Assembly: GCA_020632535.1 (NCBI GenBank)
Contig: JACKFJ010000007.1
Location: 13,749-77,748 of the forward strand
Origin: Candidatus Omnitrophota bacterium
GTDB lineage: Bacteria > Omnitrophota > Gorgyraeia > Zapsychrales > JANLHA01
Length of the DNA: 64,000 nucleotides
Reading direction: 5' to 3'
Shown: one piece after another, positions 54,671 to 63,469 of the stretch
Numbering within the stretch: position 1 is the stretch's first letter
How the letters are laid out: each line of letters begins with the position of its first letter
The notes under the pieces: generated by a model
The model's database searches: none
Seen by the model: only the letters and a program-made list of their open reading frames with translations
Told to the model about the DNA's origin: nothing
Made by a program: the position numbers and the translations under genes

Positions 54671-55702
54671 ATGAATAAGAAATTATCAGATATCGCAAAA
54701 ATTGTTGACGGAAAAGTCAGTGGCAACGCTTCGGTTGTGATCACCGGTCTTTCGGGGATTAAGGAGGCTAAGTCAGGGGATTTGACTTTTTTGGCAAACG
54801 TTAAATATTTTCCACTTTTGGAAAAGACCGCCGCGTCAGCAGTCATTGTCGCTTCCGGCGTTGAAACGGGAAAAATTCCCGCGCTCATTGTGGATAATCC
54901 GTCCTTAGCCTTTTCAAAGATTGCGGAAGATTTTTTTCAAGGTCAGGCATCGACTCTTAAAGGCATTCATTCGAGCGCGATTATTGGTCAAAATGTGAGT
55001 CTAGGAAAAAATGTCGCCATCGGCGCGTATGCCATTATTGAGGACGGCGTAACACTGGGTGACAACACATGTATATATGGACTTTCATTTATCGGGCATC
55101 ATACTAAAATTGGCGCGGATTGTTTGATTTATCCCAACGTGACGATTCGTGAAAAAATCAATATTGGTCAGCGTGTTATTATTCATAGTGGGACTGTGAT
55201 TGGGTGTGATGGTTTTGGTTTCGCGAATGTCAAGGGTGTGAACGTCAAAATCCCGCAAATCGGAACGGTTGATATCGGTGATGATGTTGAGATCGGCGCG
55301 AATGTGTCCATTGACCGGGCACGCTTTGATAAGACTGTTATTGGAGAAGGAACCAAAATTGATAATTTGGTACAGATCGCGCACAATGTCCGCATTGGAA
55401 AAAATTGTATCATTGTTTCGCAGGCGGGCATATCCGGATCGACGATATTGGAAGACAATGTGACGTTGGCTGGGCAGGCTGGGCTCGTCGGACATATTAC
55501 GATCGGAAAGAATTCAATTGTTGCCGCAAAGTCAGGCGTTCCCAATTCAATTCCTCCTGATTCGGTGTATTGGGGATTTCCCGCCAAGCCGATTGATGAA
55601 GCAAAGAAAGTTAATGCCGCGGTTCAGCGGTTGCCGCATTATGTCAAAATCATTCTTGATCTTAAAAAGCGTGTCGATGAATTAGAAAATCAGAATAAAT
55701 AA
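54671..55702 (+). CDS. lpxD: UDP-3-O-acylglucosamine N-acyltransferase
   Basis: N-terminal uridine-binding domain (SDIAKIVDGKV...GDLTFLAN.KY), a long LbH region and a C-terminal helix. Confidence 0.9.
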   Translation: MNKKLSDIAKIVDGKVSGNASVVITGLSGIKEAKSGDLTFLANVKYFPLLEKTAASAVIVASGVETGKIPALIVDNPSLAFSKIAEDFFQGQASTLKGIHSSAIIGQNVSLGKNVAIGAYAIIEDGVTLGDNTCIYGLSFIGHHTKIGADCLIYPNVTIREKINIGQRVIIHSGTVIGCDGFGFANVKGVNVKIPQIGTVDIGDDVEIGANVSIDRARFDKTVIGEGTKIDNLVQIAHNVRIGKNCIIVSQAGISGSTILEDNVTLAGQAGLVGHITIGKNSIVAAKSGVPNSIPPDSVYWGFPAKPIDEAKKVNAAVQRLPHYVKIILDLKKRVDELENQNK

Positions 55703-55703
55703 T

Positions 55704-57041
55704 ATGAACGAAAAACAAAAAACAATTGCCAAAGAATTTTCATTAAGCGGCCGCGGCTTGCATACGGGAAATTTTGTTACGATGACGGTTAAGCCCGCGG
55801 TAGAAAATCATGGCATTGTGTTTATTCGTGTTGATTTACCGGAAAAAACGCAGATTAAGGTGGGTGTTGAAACGATTCGTTTGGATTCCGGTGTTCCTCG
55901 CTGCACGACGATTGGGATTGGCCAAGTGTTTATTCACACCGTCGAACATTTGATGAGCACATTGTGCGGTTTAGAAATTGACAATGTGACAATTGAAATC
56001 GACGGCAATGAAGTCCCACTTTTAGATGGTAGTGGTTTAGAATTTTTGCATGCAATCAAAAAAGTCGGTGTAGTCGAGCAGAATGCTTTGCGGGAATGGA
56101 TTATTATTCGTGAGCCGATTGTCGTTAATCACAAGGACGCGTCGATAACGGTTGTGCCCGATGAAGAATATAAAGTTTCATATCTTTTGGATTACAAACA
56201 TCCATTCTTAGGGACGCAATTTTTTTCGATGATAGTTAATTCCACGAATTTTGAAAAAGAATTGGCGCCGTGCCGTACATTTTGTCTTGAAGAAGAAGCC
56301 GCGGAATTGCGCAAGCATAATTTAGGCTTGGGAGCCAATTATGAAAATACGCTGGTGATTAATGACAAAGGCGTTATTAATAATCAATTGCGTTTTGCTG
56401 ATGAATTTAGTCGTCATAAGGCTTTGGATTTTGTGGGTGATTTGTATCTTTTGGGTAAGCCGATTCGTGGCAGTGTTTCTGCCATCAAAAGTGGACACAA
56501 TTTGAATTTGGCCCTGCTTAAAAAAATTCATCAACAGTATGTCAATTATGCGAAACAAAGTTTTATTTCTAATACAACATTTTGTGATAAGACGGAACTT
56601 GATGTTAGTCAAATCATGAAAATTTTGCCGCACCGGTATCCATTTTTGTTTTTAGATCGAATTGTGCACTTGGATAGAGGTAAAAAAGTCATTGGCATCA
56701 AAAATGTCACCATTAATGACAATTTCTTTGAAGGACATTTTCCAACCCGTCCGATTATGCCGGGTGTTTTGATGGTTGAAGCTTTGGCTCAGGCGGCAGG
56801 GATCCTGATGTTGACGAACCAAGATCATCATGGTAAAGTAGCCCTGTTTATGGCGGTCGACAAGGTCAAATTTCGCAAACTTGTTGTTCCGGGTGAACAA
56901 TTGCATTTGGAAGTGGAAATGGTGCGTGATCGTTCTCGTACGGCGCAGCTTAAGGGCGTTGCCCGCGTCGGCGATGAAATCGCTGTTGAAGCGGAAATGA
57001 TGTTTTCTTTTATTGATGGGCAATTTTTGTTACAAGGATAG
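55704..57041 (+). CDS. lpxC-fabZ: bifunctional UDP-3-O-acyl-GlcNAc deacetylase / 3-hydroxyacyl-ACP dehydratase (LpxC-FabZ fusion)
   Basis: The LpxC part carries GRGLHTG, TVEHLMS, HKALDFVGDL and GHNLN. The FabZ part carries ILPHRYPFLFLDRI, FFEGHFP..PIMPGVL.VEALAQ. Confidence 0.9.
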   Translation: MNEKQKTIAKEFSLSGRGLHTGNFVTMTVKPAVENHGIVFIRVDLPEKTQIKVGVETIRLDSGVPRCTTIGIGQVFIHTVEHLMSTLCGLEIDNVTIEIDGNEVPLLDGSGLEFLHAIKKVGVVEQNALREWIIIREPIVVNHKDASITVVPDEEYKVSYLLDYKHPFLGTQFFSMIVNSTNFEKELAPCRTFCLEEEAAELRKHNLGLGANYENTLVINDKGVINNQLRFADEFSRHKALDFVGDLYLLGKPIRGSVSAIKSGHNLNLALLKKIHQQYVNYAKQSFISNTTFCDKTELDVSQIMKILPHRYPFLFLDRIVHLDRGKKVIGIKNVTINDNFFEGHFPTRPIMPGVLMVEALAQAAGILMLTNQDHHGKVALFMAVDKVKFRKLVVPGEQLHLEVEMVRDRSRTAQLKGVARVGDEIAVEAEMMFSFIDGQFLLQG

Positions 57042-57042
57042 T

Positions 57043-57828
57043 ATGGAAATCGAAAAAATACATAAAACTGCCGTTGTCCATCCTGAGGCGAAATTAGGCC
57101 AGAATGTTACGATTGGTCCTTATACAGTCATCGGCGCAAATGTGACCGTGGGCGATAATTGCCGTGTCGGTAATAATTGTGTTCTCGAGGGACAAACCAC
57201 GATCGGAAAAAACTGTCAGATTTTTACCGGTGCGATTGTCGGTTCCGCGCCGCAGGACAAGAAATACTCTGAAAGTGATGATGTCGAACTCATCGTCGGT
57301 GATAACAATATTATTCGTGAATATGTGACGATGAACTCAGGCACGATTGATGGCGGCCGCAAAACCATTATTGGCAATAATAATCTTTTTATGGTCAATA
57401 CGCACGTGGCGCATGATTGTATTGTCGGAAATAATTGTGTGTTGGCAAATGTCGGCACTTTGGCCGGACACGTGACAACGGAAGACAATGCGATCGTCGG
57501 TGGTTTGAGCGCGGTTCACCAATTTGTCCGTTTGGGCCGTTTGTCTATTATTGGCGGATGTTCAAAGGTTGTGCAGGATATTCCGCCGTTTTCAATGTGT
57601 GACGGTCATCCTGCTAAGGTTTTTAAACTCAATACGGTTGGTCTTGAACGCGCGAAAATCCCCATTGAAGCGGTGAGAAGTTTGAAGTTGGCTTTTAAAA
57701 TCCTTTTTCATTCGGGTTTGACGAAGACACATGCGATTGAGCAAATTCTCAGAGATGTTCCGCCGTGTCCTGAGCTAGATCATTTGATTTTCTTTGCCAA
57801 GACAACTAAACGTGGTTTGTGTTCCTAA
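57043..57828 (+). CDS. lpxA: acyl-ACP--UDP-N-acetylglucosamine O-acyltransferase
   Basis: IHKTAVVHPEAKLG, hexapeptide repeats, HVAHDC, and the C-terminal helical domain. Start moved to Met11 of track ORF 57013..57828. Confidence 0.9.
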   Translation: MEIEKIHKTAVVHPEAKLGQNVTIGPYTVIGANVTVGDNCRVGNNCVLEGQTTIGKNCQIFTGAIVGSAPQDKKYSESDDVELIVGDNNIIREYVTMNSGTIDGGRKTIIGNNNLFMVNTHVAHDCIVGNNCVLANVGTLAGHVTTEDNAIVGGLSAVHQFVRLGRLSIIGGCSKVVQDIPPFSMCDGHPAKVFKLNTVGLERAKIPIEAVRSLKLAFKILFHSGLTKTHAIEQILRDVPPCPELDHLIFFAKTTKRGLCS

Positions 57829-57840
57829 GTGGCCAGTGAC

Positions 57841-58644
57841 ATGGAAACTATTGGACTGATCGCCGGCAACGGCAAATTCCCCATCCTTTTTGCCCGTGAA
57901 GCCCGTCGCCAAAATCTCAAAGTGGTGGCCGCAGCGATCAAAGGCGACACATCTATTCTCCTAAAATTCTTTACTGATGATCTTAAGTGGTTTAAGGTTG
58001 GAGAACTCAAAAAACTTTTTTCCTATCTTAAAGACCGTGGTGTTAAGCGCGTCATTATGGCCGGACAGGTCAATCCTAAAAATCTTTTTGATAAGTCCGT
58101 CGCGCTTGATGGTGAATTTCACGATTTGATGCAAGCTTTGGAAGATCGTAAGGCCGATACGATTTTTCGCGCCGTGGCCGATAAATTAAAGACGGAAGAT
58201 TTAGACCTTTTGGATTCTACGTTTCTTTTGAAAGGATATTTGGCGCCCAAAGGCACGTTAACGCGACGCGGTCCGACGATCTTGGAATTGGAAGACATTA
58301 CGTTTGGTCGCACGATTGCCAAGGCTATGGGCGGATTAGATGTCGGGCAGACTGTCGTTATTAAAGAAAAAGCGATTGTCGCCATCGAAGCGATGGAAGG
58401 GACGGATCGCTGTATCCGTCGGGGCGCCGAGATTGCCCGCGAAGGCGCGGTTGTTGTCAAAATGAGTAAGCCCGGGCAGGATTTGCGTTTTGATATTCCT
58501 GTCGTCGGAGCGCGTACAATTCAAAACATGATTCGCGGTCACGCCAAGTGTCTGGCCATTGAAGCAGAAAAAACATTGATCATCGATCGCGCCGCTTGTG
58601 TCAAACTTGCCAATAAGGCGGGTATTTGTATTGTCTCGTCGTGA
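57841..58644 (+). CDS. lpxI: UDP-2,3-diacylglucosamine diphosphatase LpxI (DUF1009)
   Basis: IGLIAGNGKFPILFA and GLDVGQTVVIKEKAIVAIEAMEGTDRCIRRG motifs. ATG at 57841; the track start is a GTG at 57829. Confidence 0.8.
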   Translation: METIGLIAGNGKFPILFAREARRQNLKVVAAAIKGDTSILLKFFTDDLKWFKVGELKKLFSYLKDRGVKRVIMAGQVNPKNLFDKSVALDGEFHDLMQALEDRKADTIFRAVADKLKTEDLDLLDSTFLLKGYLAPKGTLTRRGPTILELEDITFGRTIAKAMGGLDVGQTVVIKEKAIVAIEAMEGTDRCIRRGAEIAREGAVVVKMSKPGQDLRFDIPVVGARTIQNMIRGHAKCLAIEAEKTLIIDRAACVKLANKAGICIVSS

Positions 58645-58650
58645 GGTTTT

Positions 58651-59658
58651 ATGCCAAAACGCCTTACATTTTCTTCTCTAACCTACATTCAGCTCGTTAA
58701 GCTCATCAAGAGTGAAATTGTTGACGGGAAAAAGATCATTCAACAAACGCAGGCGCAAAAATATTGGAATATCGGTAAATCAATTTCGGAATATATTTTA
58801 AACGGCAAAGATCGCGCGAAGTACGGCGAACATGTTTTTAAGAAGCTTGCAGACGATTTGAATGTCAACGCCAGGATTTTGTATCAAGCTAGTGATTTTT
58901 ATCGCAAATTTCCAATTTTGAACGCGCGTTCACAATTGAGCTGGACACACTTTCGTGAGCTTTTGACTCTGCCTGACTCGACGCAGCGCAAAGATTTGAT
59001 GGAAAAAGCTCGACGGGAAGGCCTGACCAGTCGCGAGTTTAAACAATTGGTTCAAAAGAAAAAGGTTGTTATTCCGACGGAAGGGACAATTGCGCAACTC
59101 AAAGTCACGCGTGGAAAACTTTATACCTATAAGATCAATGAGTTTAAGCATTGGAAATCGATTGAATTGCAAAAGGGCATTGACTGCGGATTTGATGTGT
59201 CCTACCGGCCGACGGCGGTGCAGTTGGCAAAATTTACCGCGGGAAAAATCATTGAAACGCTAAAGGCTGATAATAATTATTCGGTCAAGTCCAGTGAACG
59301 TGTCGAGAGCGATCTGTTTACTTTTAAAGCCAAAGTTGAAAAGGTCATTGATGGGGACACGCTTTTAACGCGGGTCAACTTAGGCTTTAGGATGTCCAAA
59401 AAGCATAAATTGCGTTTTCGTGGAATTGACACGCCGGAAATCGACACGCCCGAAGGTCAATTGGCTCACAAGTTTGTTGAAGACCGCATTAAGCAGTGTG
59501 AATTCATTGTGATCAAAACGCATAAAGATGATAAGTACGGGCGGTATCTCGTCGATGTTTTTTATCTTCCCGGAGAGCCGGATGCGCAAAAGGTCGCCGC
59601 AACAGGAATTTATTTAAATCAAGAACTGCTCGACAATCGTTTGGCGGTCAAATGGTGA
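58651..59658 (+). CDS. fusion protein: DUF1016 (YhcG) N-terminal domain + staphylococcal-nuclease (SNase/thermonuclease) domain
   Basis: The N-part (YWNIGKSI...RAKYGEHVFKKLADDL...DFYRKFP...LSWTHFRELL...LTSREFKQLV) matches the YhcG N-terminal helical pattern. The C-part has VIDGDT, LRFRGIDTPE and DKYGRYLVDV, that is, all the SNase catalytic residues. Confidence 0.7.
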   Translation: MPKRLTFSSLTYIQLVKLIKSEIVDGKKIIQQTQAQKYWNIGKSISEYILNGKDRAKYGEHVFKKLADDLNVNARILYQASDFYRKFPILNARSQLSWTHFRELLTLPDSTQRKDLMEKARREGLTSREFKQLVQKKKVVIPTEGTIAQLKVTRGKLYTYKINEFKHWKSIELQKGIDCGFDVSYRPTAVQLAKFTAGKIIETLKADNNYSVKSSERVESDLFTFKAKVEKVIDGDTLLTRVNLGFRMSKKHKLRFRGIDTPEIDTPEGQLAHKFVEDRIKQCEFIVIKTHKDDKYGRYLVDVFYLPGEPDAQKVAATGIYLNQELLDNRLAVKW

Positions 59659-59741
59659 ATAAAAGAATGAAAATTCCGCGTGGATTTCTGATTGGGACGA
59701 TGTTTATAATGGATCTTAACAAATTTCCGCTTTGCGGCTGA

Positions 59742-59770
59742 TTGACTTTCCCCGCCTTTTTCTATATAAT
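59742..59770 (+). promoter_or_regulatory. sigma70-like promoter candidate upstream of lysS
   Basis: TTGACT (59742-59747), a 17-nt spacer, then TATAAT (59765-59770). Confidence 0.45.
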
Positions 59771-59820
59771 CCTTCTATTATTTTTTATATAATCTTCGAC
59801 GGAAAAGGGAATCTCTTTTT

Positions 59821-61296
59821 ATGGAAGTTGATGAAATCAAGCACGTTAGGATTGAAAAGCTCAATAAATTGATCGCGCAAGGTCTTGAGCCGTATGGCCG
59901 CCGCTTTGTAACGACACATGCCATTGCGGATGCTTTGGCAAATTTTGTGGAAGAAACGCCTGTTGTTTTGGCTGGTCGCGTTCTCGCGAATCGTCGTCAC
60001 GGCAAAGCCCTTTTTCTTGATCTTGTTGATCAAAGCGGCAAGATTCAGCTGTATATCAATGCCGGTCACATTGGTGAACAAGGCTTTGCCATCGTCGAGG
60101 AAATGGATATTGGCGATATCATTGGCGTCGAAGGGGTCATGTTTAAAACCAAGACGGGACAGGAAAGTGTCAAGGTTTCTAAGGTCACGGTTTTGGCCAA
60201 GTCGCTTATGACTTTGCCCGAAAAGTGGCATGGCTTAAAAGACGTTGAGATTCGTTACCGTCAACGTTATGTGGATTTGATCGCAAATGCTAGCGTGCGT
60301 GAAATTTTCTTAAAGCGCACTAAGCTTATTACCTTTATTCGTTCCTATCTCGATACGCGCGGATTTTTGGAAGTCGAAACGCCGATGCTGCAGCCGCAAG
60401 CAGGTGGAGCGCGTGGTCGTCCGTTTAAGTCAAAGCACAATACGTATGATATGGATGTTTATTTGCGCATCGCGCCGGAGTTGTATTTAAAGCGTTTGCT
60501 CGTCGGAGGATTTGAGCGTGTGTACGAAATTAATCGCAATTTTCGCAATGAAGGAATTTCGACGCGCCACAATCCTGAGTTTACGATGTTAGAGGCCTAT
60601 CAATCGTATGGTGACTTTAACGACATGATGGATTTGATGGAAGGCTTAATCAGCGAAAGCGCCAAGCTTTTGACAGGTTCGTATAAGGTGCAATATCAGG
60701 GCAAAGAAATTGATTTTACGCCGCCATGGGAACGCCGTTCGTTTGCAAAAATTATCAAAGACAAATTTGATATCAATCCCGAAGATGATGCCAAGACCAT
60801 GTTAGACAAGGTCAAAGCCAAAGGCGGTCGTGGCAAGATTGACACGCTGACCCGTTCCGCGGTCATGAAAATCGTTGAAGACATTCTCGACGAGGACGCG
60901 ACGATGAATCCGGTTTTCTTTACGGATTACTTTACATTTTTGTGTCCGTTGGCCAAGACTAAGAAGGACAATCCATTTATTTCTGAGCGTTTTGAATGTT
61001 TTGTCGCGGGATTGGAAGTCGGCAATGCGTATTCGGAGTTAAACGATCCGCAGGAACAGAAGGCGCGGCTCTTGGAAGATTTGACTGATGATACGGAAAC
61101 GGGATTGCGTACGATCGACGAGGATTTTATTAACGCGCTTGAGTATGGTATGCCGCCGGCGGGTGGTTTGGGGATTGGCATTGACCGACTTGTGATGTTA
61201 TTGACAGATTCGCCTACGATACGGGAAGTTATTTTGTTCCCGCTTTTAAAGCCACTTGTCAAATCAGAAGAGGAATCTCCAAAGTCGTCGGGGTAA
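59821..61296 (+). CDS. lysS: lysine--tRNA ligase (class II)
   Basis: OB anticodon-binding domain, RYRQRYVDL, FLEVETPML, NRNFRNEG, EFTMLE and GMPPAGGLGIGIDRL. Confidence 0.95.
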   Translation: MEVDEIKHVRIEKLNKLIAQGLEPYGRRFVTTHAIADALANFVEETPVVLAGRVLANRRHGKALFLDLVDQSGKIQLYINAGHIGEQGFAIVEEMDIGDIIGVEGVMFKTKTGQESVKVSKVTVLAKSLMTLPEKWHGLKDVEIRYRQRYVDLIANASVREIFLKRTKLITFIRSYLDTRGFLEVETPMLQPQAGGARGRPFKSKHNTYDMDVYLRIAPELYLKRLLVGGFERVYEINRNFRNEGISTRHNPEFTMLEAYQSYGDFNDMMDLMEGLISESAKLLTGSYKVQYQGKEIDFTPPWERRSFAKIIKDKFDINPEDDAKTMLDKVKAKGGRGKIDTLTRSAVMKIVEDILDEDATMNPVFFTDYFTFLCPLAKTKKDNPFISERFECFVAGLEVGNAYSELNDPQEQKARLLEDLTDDTETGLRTIDEDFINALEYGMPPAGGLGIGIDRLVMLLTDSPTIREVILFPLLKPLVKSEEESPKSSG

Positions 61297-61306
61297 AAAT
61301 ATCAAT

Positions 61307-61379
61307 GTCATTCCCGCAATCTTTGAGCGGGAATCCATGTTTTTAAAATGGATCCCCGATAAGAGCATTCGGGGATGAC
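61307..61379. repeat. palindromic MITE/REP-like element (copy C), intergenic lysS-lolC/E
   Basis: ATTCCCGC-N9-GCGGGAAT (61310-61334) and ATCCCCGA-N9-TCGGGGAT (61352-61376). The termini GTCATTCCCG / CGGGGATGAC are inverted. Confidence 0.85.
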
Positions 61380-61405
61380 AGGGATAGAAAAAATATAAGG
61401 GAATC

Positions 61406-62599
61406 ATGAATTTCGAAAATTGGATCAGTTATCGTTATATGACCGCAAGCAAGGGGCGCTTTTTGGCCTTCTTGAATTTTATTTCCATTGCCGGTGTCGG
61501 CGTTGGCGTTATGGCGCTCATTGTTGTAACGGGTGTTATGACCGGCTTTGGTAATAATTTGCGCGAAAAAATCATTGGCGCCACACCGCACATTGTTGTT
61601 GAAAAAGAAACCGGCATTACGGATTTTGCGGCTGTGCAGAATCAACTTGCTAGTATGTCCGGGGTTGTGAGCACGTCGCCGTTTGTGCAAGGCAATGTTT
61701 TTCTTGAGAATGAGGGTCATGCGGTCAGTCAAATTGTGCGCGGGGTCGATCCCAAAACCGAAAAAGGCGTAACCAAGATCAGTTCGTATCTTACCGAAGG
61801 CAAACTTTCGGATCTAAATGACGGCGGAATTATTATTGGTCAAGAGTTGGCGCGATATTTTGGGTATAGTATCGGTGATGAAGTGATTTTAATCGCGCCG
61901 GGTTCTGGCATTTCCGGTCGCGGCTGGCGATATACGGCAAAAGTTGTGGGAATTTTTAAAAGCGGGATGGTTGATTATGACATGAATTTGTCTTTTATTA
62001 CACTGCCGCAAGCACAGAAAATTTTTGATTTTAGTGCCAATCGCGTTTCCGGTATTGGTGTAAAACTAGCCGATCCGTATAAGGCCAAGGAAATTAAAAA
62101 GGCAATCTTTTCCGAGTTAGGATATAGCTATCGTGTCAAAACATGGATCGATATTAACAGCAATTTGTTTGAAGCGCTTTTTCTTGAAAAATGGGGACTT
62201 TTTATTATTTTAACGCTTATGGTTTTGGTGGCGTCATTTAACATTATTAGTACGCTTATTGTGACGGTGACGAGCAAAATTCATGATATCGGGATTTTAT
62301 TGTCGTTTGGTGTTCCGCGCGCTTCGATTCGACGTATTTTTATGAAACAAGGGCTGTTTATCGGCGGATTAGGGACGTTTTGGGGTTTGGTTAGCGGGGT
62401 TGCGATCAGTTTGATTTTAAAAACGTATGTGAAAGTTCCGGCTGAGATTTACTCGATTGATCATGTGCCTGTTGAATTGCAGTTGCAGGACATTTTGATT
62501 ATTATTTCTGCGGCGATGATTATTACGTATTTGGCGACATTGTATCCGGCGGCGCGAGCGGCGCAGTTGCAGCCGGTTGACGCTTTGAGATATAAATAA
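61406..62599 (+). CDS. lolE: lipoprotein-releasing system permease LolC/E family
   Basis: SYRYM...FISIAGVGVGVMALIVV, a MacB-type periplasmic domain, and a C-terminal FtsX region ending ARAAQLQPVDALRYK. Confidence 0.85.
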   Translation: MNFENWISYRYMTASKGRFLAFLNFISIAGVGVGVMALIVVTGVMTGFGNNLREKIIGATPHIVVEKETGITDFAAVQNQLASMSGVVSTSPFVQGNVFLENEGHAVSQIVRGVDPKTEKGVTKISSYLTEGKLSDLNDGGIIIGQELARYFGYSIGDEVILIAPGSGISGRGWRYTAKVVGIFKSGMVDYDMNLSFITLPQAQKIFDFSANRVSGIGVKLADPYKAKEIKKAIFSELGYSYRVKTWIDINSNLFEALFLEKWGLFIILTLMVLVASFNIISTLIVTVTSKIHDIGILLSFGVPRASIRRIFMKQGLFIGGLGTFWGLVSGVAISLILKTYVKVPAEIYSIDHVPVELQLQDILIIISAAMIITYLATLYPAARAAQLQPVDALRYK

Positions 62600-62601
62600 T
62601 G

Positions 62602-62701
62602 ACTGGGGTCATTGAAGTATCCTAGGCGAGTTTGGCGAGCCTCGAACTTTTGTGAGAGCGCGAGACATTGTTTGAGCATGGGATACTTCAATGATCCCAG
62701 T
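62602..62701. repeat. 100-bp element with 21-bp terminal inverted repeats between lolE and lolD
   Basis: ACTGGGGTCATTGAAGTATCC (62602-62622) versus GGATACTTCAATGATCCCAGT (62681-62701), 20 of 21 complementary, with a 58-nt spacer. The element starts 3 nt after the lolE stop. Confidence 0.75.
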
Positions 62702-62757
62702 ATTTATAAGAATATTTACTTACAAAGGTTTTTAAAAAAGGTTAAAATGGGTCGTTC

Positions 62758-63426
62758 ATGCTTGAAGTTTTAGATGTTGAAAAACATTACGATCACCCTT
62801 CGGGAAAGATTCAGGTTCTTAAAGGGATTCGCTTGACGATTTTAGACGGAGAGGTTGTCGCTATTGTCGGTCCGTCAGGCGCTGGAAAATCCACATTGTT
62901 GCATATTATGGGGGGATTGGACCGTCCGGCAAGTGGGCAAATCCAGTTCGCGGATGAAGATCTTTATCGCCTCAACGAAAATAAGCGCGCGCAAATTCGC
63001 AATAGGAAGTTTGGGTTTATTTTTCAGTTTTATCATTTATTGCCGGAATTTACCGCTTTGGAAAATGTCATTTTACCGGCCTTACTCGACAAAAATGTCG
63101 GCAGTATGGATTCGGTCAAAGCGAAGGCGATTTTGGTTCTTGATCGTGTTGGTTTAAAACATCGGTATGAACATAAGCCGCATGAATTATCCGGCGGCGA
63201 ACAGCAAAGAGTCGCGATAGCGCGAGCATTGATCAATGAACCCAAAGTTATCTTTTGTGATGAACCGACGGGAAATCTTGATTCTGAAAGCGGCAAAGGC
63301 GTTATTGATCTTTTGATGGAGATTAATCAAAAGAATAAACAAACACTTGTTATTGTCACGCACGATGAACAAATTGCCAAGCGTTCACATCGGATCATCA
63401 AAATGCGTGACGGAAAATTAGTGTAA
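62758..63426 (+). CDS. lolD: lipoprotein-releasing system ATP-binding protein
   Basis: GPSGAGKST, LSGGEQQRVAIARAL, IFCDEPTGNLD and the LolD-type FIFQFYHLLPEFTALENV. Confidence 0.9.
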   Translation: MLEVLDVEKHYDHPSGKIQVLKGIRLTILDGEVVAIVGPSGAGKSTLLHIMGGLDRPASGQIQFADEDLYRLNENKRAQIRNRKFGFIFQFYHLLPEFTALENVILPALLDKNVGSMDSVKAKAILVLDRVGLKHRYEHKPHELSGGEQQRVAIARALINEPKVIFCDEPTGNLDSESGKGVIDLLMEINQKNKQTLVIVTHDEQIAKRSHRIIKMRDGKLV

Positions 63427-63432
63427 TTTAAA

Positions 63433-63457
63433 AAGGTAGGGACGTCGCCTACTTTCT
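63433..63457 (+). terminator. weak hairpin / possible terminator after lolD
   Basis: GGTAGG-N7-CCTACT stem flanked by an A-run and TTTCT. Short, and not followed by a clean T-run. Confidence 0.3.
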
Positions 63458-63469
63458 GAAAGGACAGTT

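Noticed and set aside
59667-59741. 24-codon ORF (MKIPRGFLIGTMFIMDLNKFPLCG) upstream of lysS.
   Set aside because: It has no SD and no recognisable family. It ends at the predicted lysS -35 box, so it is most likely chance.
59659-59820. Riboswitch or T-box leaders upstream of lysS, hisG (41014-41173) and ilvE (63427-63469).
   Set aside because: The leaders are short (30-50 nt after the predicted -10 boxes) and lack the conserved L-box or T-box sequence elements as far as I can tell by eye.
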